Both the position numbers and the translations under genes were made by a program. Source: Eledone cirrhosa (taxonomy: Eukaryota). Taken from it: a stretch of 64,000 nucleotides of DNA. Below are positions 62,830 through 64,000 of the stretch, piece after piece; position 1 is the first letter of the stretch, and each line of letters begins with the position of its first letter. A model generated the notes under the pieces. The model had not been told where the DNA came from, did no database searches, and worked only from the letters and a program-made list of their open reading frames with translations. The stretch is taken from the NCBI GenBank assembly GCA_964016885.1, contig OZ024744.1, positions 62,001 through 126,000 of the forward strand, written 5' to 3'.

Positions 62830-64000
62830 CTAGAAAATATAGAGAAAATAATAGTAAACATATATGTATATATTTAAATAATATTACAAATACAGGAAAT
62901 AGTTATTAGACTCATTTTCTCTGATATACTGATATATAGACCAGACCCGTTCACAAAAAGTACCATGCTACCGCAGTCCATGTTTTTGCTTTTGCCCTGG
63001 TTCCACCGCGCCGCTTGTTTTGGCCGCCATCTTATACTTATACCTATAAACTCCAGGTTTAGGCATACCTATTGGCTGTATCATGCCTCTACTGGTGCGT
63101 AAATAAACCACTCATGTGTGATTTAATAGTATTCGTTTGGTATAGACGATGGCCTGTCGAAATTGTGTAGTTCCCGCTAGCACTCCCGGGGCCTACGGTA
63201 GCTACGTTTCTAGAGTACTCGGAAAAATTAATTTCCATTTCTTTCGCTAGACGATACCACTCGCGACTGGCTGACTCATGGTGGTGGTGGGGCGGGTGAG
63301 GGTTGATGGGGGTGGCTGGGACTCCCAATCGAAATCTTTACTCTATATCCCATCCTAATATCTTATCGAGATACATTTTTTCATATAAGTCTCTCTCCGT
63401 AAGTTCATTAAATAAATATATCTCGCTACCTTAACCTCTAATTCTCTAATAACTTATTTTTCAATTTATCATTTTACAATTTAATATGTTTAACTTAATT
63501 TCATCCTATAACTCCCAACATACGTTTAACGTTCCAATCTTCGGTTCACACATTAGATCATACAGACACCCATTATAGATTCTTTGGAGTAGCATTATTT
63601 CGCGGCATTTTCTAGCATGAATGTAGTGTGACCCTCACACTGATTTCTTTGTCGCTTTCTTTCTTCCTTCTCCCTTTTCTTTGACGGAGAGATGGTAGTG
63701 CATTATAAGCCTTCGCCCCCTCACCAGATGGTCATTAGTAGATTCAGTTGCCACCACTTTGAAGGCGACTGGCCGAGCAGCTAGTTTGTCAGTCCTCCTC
63801 TTTGTCTCTGTCTCTGATTTTTCGGACCCATGGTTTATTACATATTTCTTTGTTATACTCCAATACCTGATGATATCACCGGATTCATATGGAACCCGGT
63901 CATTGAAATGACCATAGTATAATAAACATTTCAAGTATTTACACCAGTCCAGCCTCCTGTTATTTTATTTTATTTATAATTAACTCCGTATTCGCACCAC

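Larger units (their letters stand above)
58050..62980. repeat. Tandem ~1.41-kb duplications, each carrying one basic and one acidic micro-exon
   Basis: Exon offsets are 59952-61357-62770 (1405, 1413) and 60655-62070 (1415). Intronic landmarks such as gtgagataattccatctacctcaa recur at ~58678, 59261, 61053 and 62466. Confidence 0.9.

Overview
This is repeat-rich, AT-rich eukaryotic (animal) DNA with no prokaryotic genes. The tRNA/CORE-type SINE, the RTE, Penelope and mariner relics and the dense (AT)n/(CA)n tracts resemble an octopus/cephalopod genome (inference, not a database result). Main contents: (1) a pentamer-based ~20-bp satellite (1-14.7 kb) interrupted by a near full-length but frameshifted RTE retrotransposon; (2) several Penelope-like element (PLE) relics with hammerhead-ribozyme motifs, including a ~4.6-kb palindromic PLE and hammerheads with a U3-A8 variant core; (3) a ~19.3-kb 96-bp satellite with higher-order repeats, whose monomer is an amplified piece of the C-terminal coding sequence of the RTE element that still flanks it on both sides; (4) the main find, which the ORF track misses: a minus-strand array of 13 complete symmetric phase 1-1 micro-exons (48-78 bp, all multiples of 3) plus one broken copy and a putative terminal exon, between ~62.8 kb and ~26.5 kb. 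They share near-identical splice-site contexts and splice into one open reading frame of alternating basic SP/TP-rich and acidic modules, resembling a micro-exon gene built by tandem intron-exon duplication. All calls were read by eye; no search or alignment was run.
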